A stretch of 64,000 nt of DNA from Armatimonadota bacterium (GCA_046292385.1 JBKBRF010000017.1:37727-101726), one strand, 5' to 3'; positions 6,507 through 15,017 are shown, numbered from the stretch's first letter. The notes: generated from the sequence alone by a model not told the origin. Numbers and translations are program-made.

Positions 6507-7031
6507 TCATCTCCCTTCTCTCATCTTCAAGGCTTGCACCCGCCAGTAGACGGCGGCTACGCTGACCTCGTACTTGCGGGCGAGGCGGTGCGGCTGCGGG
6601 TGCCGCTCCCAGTCCGGCGCGAAGAGGGCGCGCGGGAGCAGCAGCTCTCCCGCGAAGGCGTTCGCCTCCGCTTCGAGCAGGTCGGTCCGCTCCCACGGGT
6701 CGCCGGGCGGCTCCGGGAGCCGGTCCGCAGCTCCGCGCAGGAAGGAGAGGTCGCGCACCGGGTGCTGGTGATGGCGCAGCGCCAGGTGGCCGAGCTCGTG
6801 CGCCAGCGTGAAGCGGAGCCGCTCCCGCGGGAGCGACCGGTTCACCGCCAGGTGCGGCACCTCGCCCTCCCACCACGATTCCCCCTCCACCTCCGGCGGG
6901 AAGTCGAGCAGCTCCACCTGCACCCCCTCCAGCACGAGCAGGTACTCCACCTCCACCGGCGCCGCGGTCACGCGGTGCCGGCGCAGGTACTTCCCGGCCA
7001 TCTTCCGGGCGAAGTCGAGACGAGGACGCAT
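6507..7031 (-). CDS. ImmA/IrrE-family Zn metallopeptidase
   Basis: RLRFTLAHELGH (HExxH), EAEANAFAGELLLP, LARKYEVS..AV..R. Confidence 0.9.
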   Translation of the reverse strand: MRPRLDFARKMAGKYLRRHRVTAAPVEVEYLLVLEGVQVELLDFPPEVEGESWWEGEVPHLAVNRSLPRERLRFTLAHELGHLALRHHQHPVRDLSFLRGAADRLPEPPGDPWERTDLLEAEANAFAGELLLPRALFAPDWERHPQPHRLARKYEVSVAAVYWRVQALKMREGR

Positions 7032-7033
7032 GG

Positions 7034-7213
7034 AAAGGCTAAAGGCAAAAGGCTAGAGTTCCGAACCCCCGCATCCGGAGAGCCGGGTTTCTTGGTTCTA
7101 CCTTTGGATGGGAAGGCGAAAGGTAGAAAGTCAAAACTCTAGAGTTCCGAACCCCCGCATCCGGAGAGCCGGGTTCCCACTTTAGCCTTTAGCCTTTTGA
7201 CTTTTGCCTTTAG
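7034..7213. repeat. Two 37-bp direct repeats flanked by inverted heptamer arrays
   Basis: CTAGAGTTCCGAACCCCCGCATCCGGAGAGCCGGGTT at 7053-7089 and 7139-7175; AAAGGCT/AAAGGCA heptamers on the left and TTTAGCC/TTTTGCC on the right. Confidence 0.8.
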
Positions 7214-7285
7214 GGATGCCTCTGCACTCCGTCCTTCAACGAGCGTTAGCGTTCTCCGTCCTCTTCTCGCAGGGAGGCGGTGGCG

Positions 7286-8266
7286 ATGGCGCAGATTGTG
7301 GCGGAGGGGCTGGCGAAGACGTTCTACGTCTCGGAGCGGGAGCCGGGCTTCTGGGGGGCGGCGCGGGGGTTGGTGCGGCGGCGGCAGCGGAAGGTCTGCG
7401 CGCTGGACGGCATCTCGTTCCGGATCGAGCCGGGCGAGCTGGTGGGGTACATCGGGCCGAACGGCGCGGGGAAGTCGACCACCATCAAGGTGCTCGCCGG
7501 GATCCTGGTGCCCGACTCCGGCCGGTGCGAGGTGATGGGCCGGGTGCCCTGGCGCCAGCGGATCGAGCACGTCTCCCGGATCGGCGTCGTGTTCGGGCAG
7601 CGGACGCAGCTCTGGTGGGACCTGCCGGTGGTTGAGTCGCTCGAGCTGCTCCGGGACATCTACCGGGTGCCGCCCGCGCTCTACCGCCGCACGCTGAACG
7701 AGCTGGTGGAGCTGCTCGACCTCGCGCCGCTCCTCGATACGCCGGTGCGCCAGCTCAGCCTGGGCCAGCGGATGCGGTGCGACCTCGCCGCGGCGCTGGT
7801 CCACGCGCCCGAGCTTCTTTTCCTGGACGAGCCGACGATCGGCCTCGACGCCGTCTCCAAGCTGGCGGTGCGTGACTTCGTCCGGCGCCTCAACCGGGAG
7901 CGGGGCGTCACGGTGCTGCTCACCACGCACGACATGGACGATATCGAGGCGCTCTGCACCCGCGTGATGGTGATCGGGGGCGGCGCGCTGCTGACCGACG
8001 GCACGCTGGAAGAGCTCCGCGCGCGGGTGACCCGGGAGCGGTGGTTGATCGTCGACCTGGAAGATGGCTCCGGGGAGCTGCACGACCCCGCGGCGCAGGA
8101 GATGCGGCGGGAGGGCCAGCGGGTGAGCCTGCGCTTCGACCCTTCGGAGGTCGCTCCCGCCGAGCTGATCTGCCGCATCGCGGCCCGGTACCGGGTGCGG
8201 GACCTCTTCGTCCAGAACCCGCCGATCGAAGAGATCATCGCACGGCTCTACGGAGCGCCGGCGTGA
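7286..8266 (+). CDS. ABC-2 type transporter ATP-binding protein
   Basis: Walker A GPNGAGKST, signature LSLGQRMR, Walker B LFLDEPT; GGGAGG RBS. Confidence 0.93.
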   Translation: MAQIVAEGLAKTFYVSEREPGFWGAARGLVRRRQRKVCALDGISFRIEPGELVGYIGPNGAGKSTTIKVLAGILVPDSGRCEVMGRVPWRQRIEHVSRIGVVFGQRTQLWWDLPVVESLELLRDIYRVPPALYRRTLNELVELLDLAPLLDTPVRQLSLGQRMRCDLAAALVHAPELLFLDEPTIGLDAVSKLAVRDFVRRLNRERGVTVLLTTHDMDDIEALCTRVMVIGGGALLTDGTLEELRARVTRERWLIVDLEDGSGELHDPAAQEMRREGQRVSLRFDPSEVAPAELICRIAARYRVRDLFVQNPPIEEIIARLYGAPA

Positions 8267-9054
8267 AGGGGTACGGGTCGGTCTTTCAGGCGCGCTTCCG
8301 CCTCCTGCTCCAGTACCGCGCCGCCGCCACGGCCGGCTTCGCCACCCAGCTCTTCTGGGGGCTGATCCGCGTCATGATCTTCGACGCCTTCTACCGCCAG
8401 GGCGGGGGCGAGCAGCCGCTCAGCTTCCCGGAGGTGGTGACCTACGTCTGGCTGGGCCAGGCGACTCTGGCGCTGACGCTGGGCGGGGCGGAGGCGGAGA
8501 TCCGGGCGATGGTCCGCTGCGGGACGGTCGCCTACGAGCTGGTGCGCCCACTCGATCTCTACGGGTTCTGGTACTGCCGCACGTTGGCCGGGCGCGTGGC
8601 GCCGATGCTGCTGCGCGGCGTGCCGCTCTACCTGGCGGCACTGCTGTTCTTCGGGCTCGGCCCGCCTGCCGGTCCGGAGGCGGCGCTCGGGTTCGCCGCC
8701 TCTCTCGCCGCCGCGGTGCTGCTGGCCGGGGCGGTCTTCATGCTGATGAACGTCTCGCTCTTCTGGACCGTCTCCGGCGAGGGGGTGGCCCGCTTCGGCC
8801 CGGCGCTCATCTACGTCTGCTCCGGGCTGCTGGTGCCGCTGCCGCTCTTCCCGGAGTGGGCGCGCGCCGCGCTCGGCTTCCTGCCGTTCCGCGGCCTGGC
8901 GGACGTGCCGTACCGGATCTACCTGGGTCACCTGCCGGCGGAGGCGGTTCCCGGCCTGCTGCTGCACCAGCTCGCCTGGACGGCGGCCCTGGTACTCTTC
9001 GGACGGTATCTACTCGCCCGCGCGGCCCGGCGCCTGGTGGTGCAGGGAGGCTGA
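8263..9054 (+). CDS. ABC-2 family (DUF990-type) permease
   Basis: GTGA overlap with the ATPase; LQYRAA, GTVAYELVRPLD, SGLLVPLPLFP motifs. Confidence 0.87.
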   Translation: MKGYGSVFQARFRLLLQYRAAATAGFATQLFWGLIRVMIFDAFYRQGGGEQPLSFPEVVTYVWLGQATLALTLGGAEAEIRAMVRCGTVAYELVRPLDLYGFWYCRTLAGRVAPMLLRGVPLYLAALLFFGLGPPAGPEAALGFAASLAAAVLLAGAVFMLMNVSLFWTVSGEGVARFGPALIYVCSGLLVPLPLFPEWARAALGFLPFRGLADVPYRIYLGHLPAEAVPGLLLHQLAWTAALVLFGRYLLARAARRLVVQGG

Positions 9055-9156
9055 GCGGTGCTGAAGCTCGGCATCCGTGGGGCCGCGAGGCATTGAGATA
9101 CCTCGCTGGACGGCCTGCGGCCACGCGTCCTCCGGACGCCCGAATCGAGCCCTCTC

Positions 9157-9207
9157 AGTCCGCGAAGGCGGACTTCGCGCCGTCGTTGCCGCGGTTTCAA
9201 CCGCCCG
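9157..9207 (+). repeat. REP-like double-hairpin element (copy 1 of 3)
   Basis: AGTCCGC-GAAG-GCGGACTTCG...GTTGCCGCGGTTTCAACCGCCCG; related copies at 52505-52555 and 62815-62864 on the minus strand. Confidence 0.65.
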
Positions 9208-9228
9208 GTCTTCCATCAAACAACCGTC

Positions 9229-10032
9229 ATGCTCAACTCCCTTCACCTCTACCTCCGCTACCTCGCTCTCTCCGTCCGGGGGCAGATGCAGTACCGCGCC
9301 TCCTTCCTGATGTTGACGGCGGGACACTTCCTGCTCACCGGAACGGAGTTCCTGGGCGTCTGGGCGTTGATGGAGCGCTTCGGCGGGCTCCGGGGCTGGC
9401 GGCTGCCGGAGGTGGCGGTGCTGTACGGCGCGATCAACGTCTCGTTCGCGCTGGCGGAGGGGGTGGGGCGGGGATTCGACATCTTTTCTCAGCAGGTAAA
9501 GTCGGGCGACTTCGACCGGCTCCTGCTGCGGCCGCGGAGCACCGCGTTCCAGGTGGCGGCTTCGGAGGCGCAGCTCTTCCGGGTGGGGCGGCTGGCACAG
9601 GGGGCGCTGATCCTGGCGTGGGGGCTCGCGTCGGCGCCGATCGACTGGAGCCCCGCCGCGGCGCTGCTGGTGCCGGCGATGGTCCTCGGCGGCGCCTGCC
9701 TCTTCTACGGGCTCTTCGTGCTCCAGGCGACGCTGGCGTTCTGGACCGTCGATTCGCTGGAGGTCTTCAACACGGTCACCTATGGCGGCATCGAGACGGC
9801 GCAGTACCCGCTGGAGATCTACCGGCCCTGGTTCCGCCGCTTCTTCACCGTGGTGGTGCCGCTCGCCTGTGCCAACTACCTGCCGGTCCACGCGCTGCTC
9901 GGCCGCCCGGATCCGTTCGGAGCTCCGCCGCTCCTCCAGTGGGCCGCGCCCGCGGGCGGGCTCCTGTTCCTGCTCGTATGCCTCCGGGTCTGGAAAACCG
10001 GAGAGCGCCGCTATTGCTCCACCGGAAGCTGA
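9229..10032 (+). CDS. ABC-2 family (DUF990-type) permease
   Basis: MQYRASF, GDFDRLLLRP, YPLEIY, ends RRYCSTGS. Confidence 0.88.
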   Translation: MLNSLHLYLRYLALSVRGQMQYRASFLMLTAGHFLLTGTEFLGVWALMERFGGLRGWRLPEVAVLYGAINVSFALAEGVGRGFDIFSQQVKSGDFDRLLLRPRSTAFQVAASEAQLFRVGRLAQGALILAWGLASAPIDWSPAAALLVPAMVLGGACLFYGLFVLQATLAFWTVDSLEVFNTVTYGGIETAQYPLEIYRPWFRRFFTVVVPLACANYLPVHALLGRPDPFGAPPLLQWAAPAGGLLFLLVCLRVWKTGERRYCSTGS

Positions 10033-10209
10033 CCCGGCGCGCCGCGTGTGATTAAGATTCGTGCGTTGAATGTTTGCTGCACCAAGGGAACGCGGTGGGG
10101 GGGAGGCGAACGTGGGAAGGGCGGGGCACGCCGAGGCGAAGAGCTCCCCGCCCGCGCACGATCCGGAGCCGGCGACCCGCGGGAGCCGCAGCAGAGCCCG
10201 AATTGACGA

Positions 10210-12327
10210 ATGGTTGAGACGAACCCGCAAACGCTGGCGCTGGTAAGAATGGCCGTGGCCCGTGTCGCCTCCGATCCGGAGGACGAGCAGCGCTATCTGG
10301 AGCTGAACTGGGCGCTGGACCGGGCGGTGGAGCGCGATTTCCGCTACCGGGAGCTGCTGGCGATCTTCGAGGAAGGCGCCGCCACCGCCGCGGAGGATGT
10401 CTCCTGGGCCTGGTGGCTCGCCGCCGGCCTGGGGGGGAACCTGACCGGGGACTCGGAGCGGGCCACCCACCTGCTGGAGCAGGCGCGGCGGGAGCTGGAG
10501 GCGCAGGGCCGCGACCACACCGCCATCGGCTCCTTCACCTGCGGAGAGCTGGCCCGGGCCTACTACCACTGCGGCGGCGCCCCGGCGGAGGAGGCGGCCA
10601 CCCGCGGCCTGCAGCTCGCCCGCTCCGCCAACTCGCCCCTGGCGGAGGGCTACGCCCATCACTACCTGGGGCTAATCCTGGTCCGGCGGCGGGAGTACGA
10701 CTACGCCCGGCGCCACATCCTGGCCGCGCGCGAGCTGTTCGAGCGGATGAAGCAGCGCCACGGCCGCGCGCGCGTGCTCGATTCTCTGGCCAGCCTGGAG
10801 ATGGACCTGGGGCACTACGAAGTCGCCCGCCAGCTCCTGGAGGAGAGCCTGGGGGTGAAGAGCGAGTTCCGCGACCTCCGCGGCCAGGCGCTCACCTGCT
10901 CCAACCTGGGGCGGCTCTACACCGGCCTGGCGGACTACTCCCAGGCGCTCCACTACCTGGACCGCGCCCGGGAGCTGAGCACCCGCGTGGGAGACGAGCG
11001 GACCGCCACTCTGCTGCGGATCCGCCTGGGCGAGCTGCACCTGCGGCACAACCACGCGGAGCTGGCGCGAGTGGAGCTGGAAGCCGCCTTCCGCATGGCG
11101 CGAGACCGCCACGACGAGATGCTGGTGGCGACCGCCTGCTTCGCCCTGGCGGAGGCGGAGCGCCGCCTGGGGCACTATCCCGACGCGCTGCACTCGATCC
11201 GGCTGGCGGAGCGGTTCTTCGGGAAGAGCGACGACGTGGTGATGCGGGACCGCGTGGCGCTGCGCCGCGCCCTGCTGGAGGGGGTCGACTTCGAATCGTC
11301 ACGGGTCGAGGGTCCGCTCAACCGGCTGCGGGCCTGCGACGCCTCCGGCGCGCTGGCCGACGCGCTCTTCGAAGCGGCCAGCTTCTTTCACGAGCGAGGG
11401 CGCGTGCAGCAGGTGGCGGCGCTCTACGCCGAAGCGCTCGACGCCGCCGAGCCGGCGCAGGCGATCCAGCTTGCGGAGCAGATGCGCAGCCGGGCCGAAA
11501 GCGTGGAGGGGCGCGCGTGGGTCGACGCGATGCTGAACGTCAAGCACCACAAAGACGAGCTGGAGCAGGCGTACGGGGAGCTGCGCCGCGCCGAATCGCT
11601 GCGGGACGCGCTGACGCAGATGATCGTTCACGACCTCAAGAATCCGCTCACCGCGATCACTCCCTGGCTCCAGACGATCCAGATGGGCGGTCTCTCGGAA
11701 GACGAGACCGAGTCGGTGCTGCAGACGGTGATCGATGAGTGCGACTACCTGCTCCGCACCATCGAGGACCTGAACGACGTCGGGAAGATGCAGCACGAGC
11801 GCACGCTCGACCTCTCCCTGGAGCGGCTCGACCTGACCGAGCTGATGAACGAAGTGGCCCGCCGGCTGCAGACCCGCGCCCGCGATGCCGGCATGACGAT
11901 CCGGTGCGACTGCCCCCGGGCCTCGCTGCTGCCGGTCCGAGGGGATCGCTCCAAGCTCCGCCGCGTGCTGGAGAATCTGGTCGCCAACGCGATCAAGTAC
12001 GGCCGGCCCGCCGAGGGCTCCGGCCTGCCGGCGGAGGTGGAGATCCGGGCGCGCGTGGAGCCGCCGCCGCCGGACGGGGGCTCTCCCTCCGTACGGGTCG
12101 AGGTGTGCGACTTCGGTCCCGGGATCCCGCTGGCGGAGGCGGAGCGAGTCTTCGAGCCGTACTACCAGGCCGAAGCCGGCCGCAAGCGCAAGGCCGGGGT
12201 CGGCCTGGGCCTCGCCTTCTCCCGCATGGTGGTCCAGGCGCACGGCGGCGCCCTCTGGACCGAGCCGAATCCTCACGGCGGCAGCGTCTTCGCCTTCCGC
12301 CTCCCCGCCGAGGACCTCTCGAGCTGA
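10210..12327 (+). CDS. Soluble TPR-repeat sensor histidine kinase
   Basis: Multiple TPR-like repeats; H box IVHDLKNPLT; N box LENLVANAIKY; DFGPGI, FEPY, GVGLGLAFS; no TM segment seen. Confidence 0.9.
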   Translation: MVETNPQTLALVRMAVARVASDPEDEQRYLELNWALDRAVERDFRYRELLAIFEEGAATAAEDVSWAWWLAAGLGGNLTGDSERATHLLEQARRELEAQGRDHTAIGSFTCGELARAYYHCGGAPAEEAATRGLQLARSANSPLAEGYAHHYLGLILVRRREYDYARRHILAARELFERMKQRHGRARVLDSLASLEMDLGHYEVARQLLEESLGVKSEFRDLRGQALTCSNLGRLYTGLADYSQALHYLDRARELSTRVGDERTATLLRIRLGELHLRHNHAELARVELEAAFRMARDRHDEMLVATACFALAEAERRLGHYPDALHSIRLAERFFGKSDDVVMRDRVALRRALLEGVDFESSRVEGPLNRLRACDASGALADALFEAASFFHERGRVQQVAALYAEALDAAEPAQAIQLAEQMRSRAESVEGRAWVDAMLNVKHHKDELEQAYGELRRAESLRDALTQMIVHDLKNPLTAITPWLQTIQMGGLSEDETESVLQTVIDECDYLLRTIEDLNDVGKMQHERTLDLSLERLDLTELMNEVARRLQTRARDAGMTIRCDCPRASLLPVRGDRSKLRRVLENLVANAIKYGRPAEGSGLPAEVEIRARVEPPPPDGGSPSVRVEVCDFGPGIPLAEAERVFEPYYQAEAGRKRKAGVGLGLAFSRMVVQAHGGALWTEPNPHGGSVFAFRLPAEDLSS

Positions 12328-12447
12328 TTCGCGCCCCGCTGCGCGCCTCGCGAGCTCCGCACCCGTCCGCCGCCCCGGCCCGGCTTCCCCGGCCCGGACC
12401 GCCAACCGAGCAGCCGCCTGTAAAAAAAGCGCTCCTCATTCAATCGA

Positions 12448-12464
12448 TTGGCACGGCTCTTGCT
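12448..12464 (+). promoter_or_regulatory. Sigma-54 (-24/-12) promoter
   Basis: TTGGCACGGCTCTTGCT matches the TGGCACG-N4-TTGC(W) consensus exactly and faces the S8 gene. Confidence 0.8.
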
Positions 12465-12788
12465 TACTCATTCATCCGGTTGACAGAATGGCCCATTCGG
12501 TGGACGAGCAGGCAGGCCTGCGGATCGCGCCGAAAACGCCAGAATGAAGTAGGAGCGCACGATTGGCCGGTCGGACAGCGAGAACTGTCCGGTTGACCAA
12601 ACGGCCGGCCCCACGCAGAGGGTAACCTGAACGGGTAGCCCACCCTCCGTGAGCTGCGAAGCTTGAAGCGATTTGGGAGCCCCGATTCCGGAGCTCCCGG
12701 CGAGCGAGTGCCCGTAGTACGGCGCGCGCCCCGCACTCTGTGAACGAGCCGCCGGCGGAGACCCTGCCGGCCAAGAAATGGTGAGAAG

Positions 12789-14807
12789 ATGCATCGATCC
12801 CTGAGCATCCTGGGGGTTGGGCTGGGGCTGACGGCACTGGCGGCGGGAACCTCCGGTGTCCGAGCGGGAGCTTCCGCTTCGGTCACTCTCCCGCCGGCGC
12901 TGAAGGCGAAGCTGGCGTCCAACCTTTACCGCGCCGAGGCGCGGGCGGGACGGCGAACCTACATTGTTCAGTTCCGCGACGCGAAGCGCGGCCTGGAGCT
13001 GGTACGACGGAGCGGGGCTACCGTGGAGCACGCGTTCAGCGTGCTGCCGATGGCGAGCGTGACCGCGGCTCCCGACGAGCTGAACCGGCTCCTGGCTTCC
13101 TCCGAGGTGACGAACGTCAGCTCGGACGCCACCGTGAAGAAGTCGATGGAGTTCGCGATCCCCGCCGTGCGGGCCGACATGCCGCACAAGGTCGGCTTGA
13201 AGGGCAGCGGCGTCACGGTGGCAGTGATCGATAGCGGCATCGCCAATCACTGGGACATCCGCGAGGATCGCTCCGGGCAGCGCCAGAGCCGGGTGCTCGC
13301 CGGAGTGGACTTTGTCAAAGGTGGGTCCAGCACGGCGATGGGCAACGACGAGTGCGGTCACGGCACGATGGTTGCCGGGATCGCGTGCGGCGACGCCACC
13401 TCCAGCACCATGAACACCGATCGTGCCTGGAACACCCGGCACTTCTTCGGCGTGGCGCCGGCTACCAGCATCCTCAACCTGCGCGTGCTGGACAAGCACG
13501 GGCAGGGCACGGTGACCAACGCCATCAAGGCGCTGGAGTGGTGTATCCAGAACAAGACGAAGTACAACATCCGCGTCGTCAACATGTCGCTCGGCCATCC
13601 GCCGTTCCAGAGCTATCTGGAAGACCCGCTCTGCCAGATGACGGAGCAGGCGTGGAAGGCGGGCCTGGTGGTGGTGTGCGCGGCGGGGAACCGCGGCCGG
13701 GCGGTGGCGAACGACCAGAACGGCGGTGCCCGGTACGGCACGATCAACAGCCCCGGCAATAGCCCGTACGTGATCACGGTGGGCGCCACGCGGGACAGCG
13801 GGACGGTCACCACGGATGACGACTGGGTCGCATCCTACAGCAGCCGCGGGCCGACGCGCATCGACCACATCGTGAAGCCGGACCTGGTGGCGCCCGGCAA
13901 CCGGATCATCAGCCTGCGGCACCCCGGCAGCGAGTTGGAGCGCGTGGCAGGCGGCACCAACCTGATCGAGAACTGGTACTACTGGCAGCGGAAGAACGAC
14001 AAGGACGTGAACGGCACGTCCAAGGACTACTTCCACCTGTCCGGGTCCAGCATGGCGGCGGCGGTGGTTTCCGGCGCGGCCGCGCTGATGGTCGGCCTCG
14101 ATCCGTCGCTGACGCCGGACACGGTGAAGGCGCGCCTGATGCTTACGGCCCGCAGCGAGTGGCGCGCGGACGGCCAGTCGCCGGACATCTTCAGCCGCGG
14201 CGCGGGGCTGCTCGACGTAGACCGTGCCCTCCGCTGCCGGGTGGTGGCGACGCGGCCGGCCCTCTCTCCTTACGTCTCGCGGCACGAGAGCACGCTGACG
14301 TTCTACTACGGGCGAGGCCTGGGTGGAGAGGAGACGTTCTGGAGCGGCCTGGGTGTCCAGGCGCACCAGGCGCTCTGGAGCGACGACACGCCGAAGTCGT
14401 CCACCGGCACCTACCCCGGCTCGGGCGGGACCAGCACCTATCCGGATATGTCGTACTACGATCCCAAGAAGTACACGTACAATCCGGACGACTACAAGTC
14501 GCAGGCGCTCTGGAGCGATCAGGCGCTCTGGAGCGACGACGCCCCGCGTGCCCAGGCGGACACGGCGCAGGCGCTCTGGAGTGACCAGGCGCTCTGGTCC
14601 GACGGTCCTGCCGCGCAGGCGGAAGCGCAGGCGTTGTGGAGTGATCAGGCGCTCTGGTCGGACAGCCCGGCCGACGCCATGCAAGAGCTCCAGAACTGGG
14701 CGCAGCAGGCGCTCTGGTCGGACGATAAACCTCGCAGCGATAGCGGGGAGCTCACCCAAGCACTCTGGTCGGACGTGTTCCGAGTGTCCGTTCTGGGGGA
14801 CGAATGA
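12789..14807 (+). CDS. Secreted subtilisin-family (S8) serine protease with C-terminal QALWSD repeats
   Basis: Signal peptide, propeptide, triad VAVIDSG / GHGTMVAG / SGSSMA, oxyanion AAGN, KPDLVAPG; nine QALWSD motifs at 14367-14774. Confidence 0.93.
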   Translation: MHRSLSILGVGLGLTALAAGTSGVRAGASASVTLPPALKAKLASNLYRAEARAGRRTYIVQFRDAKRGLELVRRSGATVEHAFSVLPMASVTAAPDELNRLLASSEVTNVSSDATVKKSMEFAIPAVRADMPHKVGLKGSGVTVAVIDSGIANHWDIREDRSGQRQSRVLAGVDFVKGGSSTAMGNDECGHGTMVAGIACGDATSSTMNTDRAWNTRHFFGVAPATSILNLRVLDKHGQGTVTNAIKALEWCIQNKTKYNIRVVNMSLGHPPFQSYLEDPLCQMTEQAWKAGLVVVCAAGNRGRAVANDQNGGARYGTINSPGNSPYVITVGATRDSGTVTTDDDWVASYSSRGPTRIDHIVKPDLVAPGNRIISLRHPGSELERVAGGTNLIENWYYWQRKNDKDVNGTSKDYFHLSGSSMAAAVVSGAAALMVGLDPSLTPDTVKARLMLTARSEWRADGQSPDIFSRGAGLLDVDRALRCRVVATRPALSPYVSRHESTLTFYYGRGLGGEETFWSGLGVQAHQALWSDDTPKSSTGTYPGSGGTSTYPDMSYYDPKKYTYNPDDYKSQALWSDQALWSDDAPRAQADTAQALWSDQALWSDGPAAQAEAQALWSDQALWSDSPADAMQELQNWAQQALWSDDKPRSDSGELTQALWSDVFRVSVLGDE

Positions 14808-14989
14808 AAATGCGAAAACGAGTTGCATCCCATCGTGGCGTCCGCTCGACACTACTTCCGATGCTGAAGTATCTGGTCGTAGGACTCCTCCTCGCCGGCG
14901 TGGCCCTCGCTCCGGTCACGGCCCACGCGGCTGGCTGCGCCGGGGACTCGCCGAAGCCTCAAAAAACACAGGTTCTCTGGAGCGACTAA
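14804..14989 (+). CDS. Small secreted peptide ending in QVLWSD
   Basis: ATGA overlap with the protease stop (alternative starts 14810, 14861); hydrophobic core and A-H-A cleavage site; C-terminus matches the protease repeat. Confidence 0.7.
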   Translation: MKMRKRVASHRGVRSTLLPMLKYLVVGLLLAGVALAPVTAHAAGCAGDSPKPQKTQVLWSD

Positions 14990-15017
14990 CCGCTTTCAGG
15001 GTTCCGGAACGCGCACC

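Noticed and set aside
7053-7175. Mini CRISPR array (37-bp repeats)
   Set aside because: Only two copies, a 49-nt spacer made of the local heptamer repeat, no CRISPR-like repeat ends and no cas genes
12611-12650. c-di-GMP-I riboswitch (CACGCAGAGGGTAACC resembles the 5' part)
   Set aside because: Lacks the GNRA-capped P2 and the GACGCAAAGC/receptor elements
14367-14774. DNA-level tandem repeat or CRISPR-like array inside the protease
   Set aside because: Repeats are in frame with synonymous variation, so they are treated as protein repeats
12468-14852. Long antisense ORFs (this one and others such as 25683-28319, 23879-25711, 19594-21459)
   Set aside because: Shadow ORFs expected opposite real genes in high-GC DNA; the opposite strand carries clear family motifs
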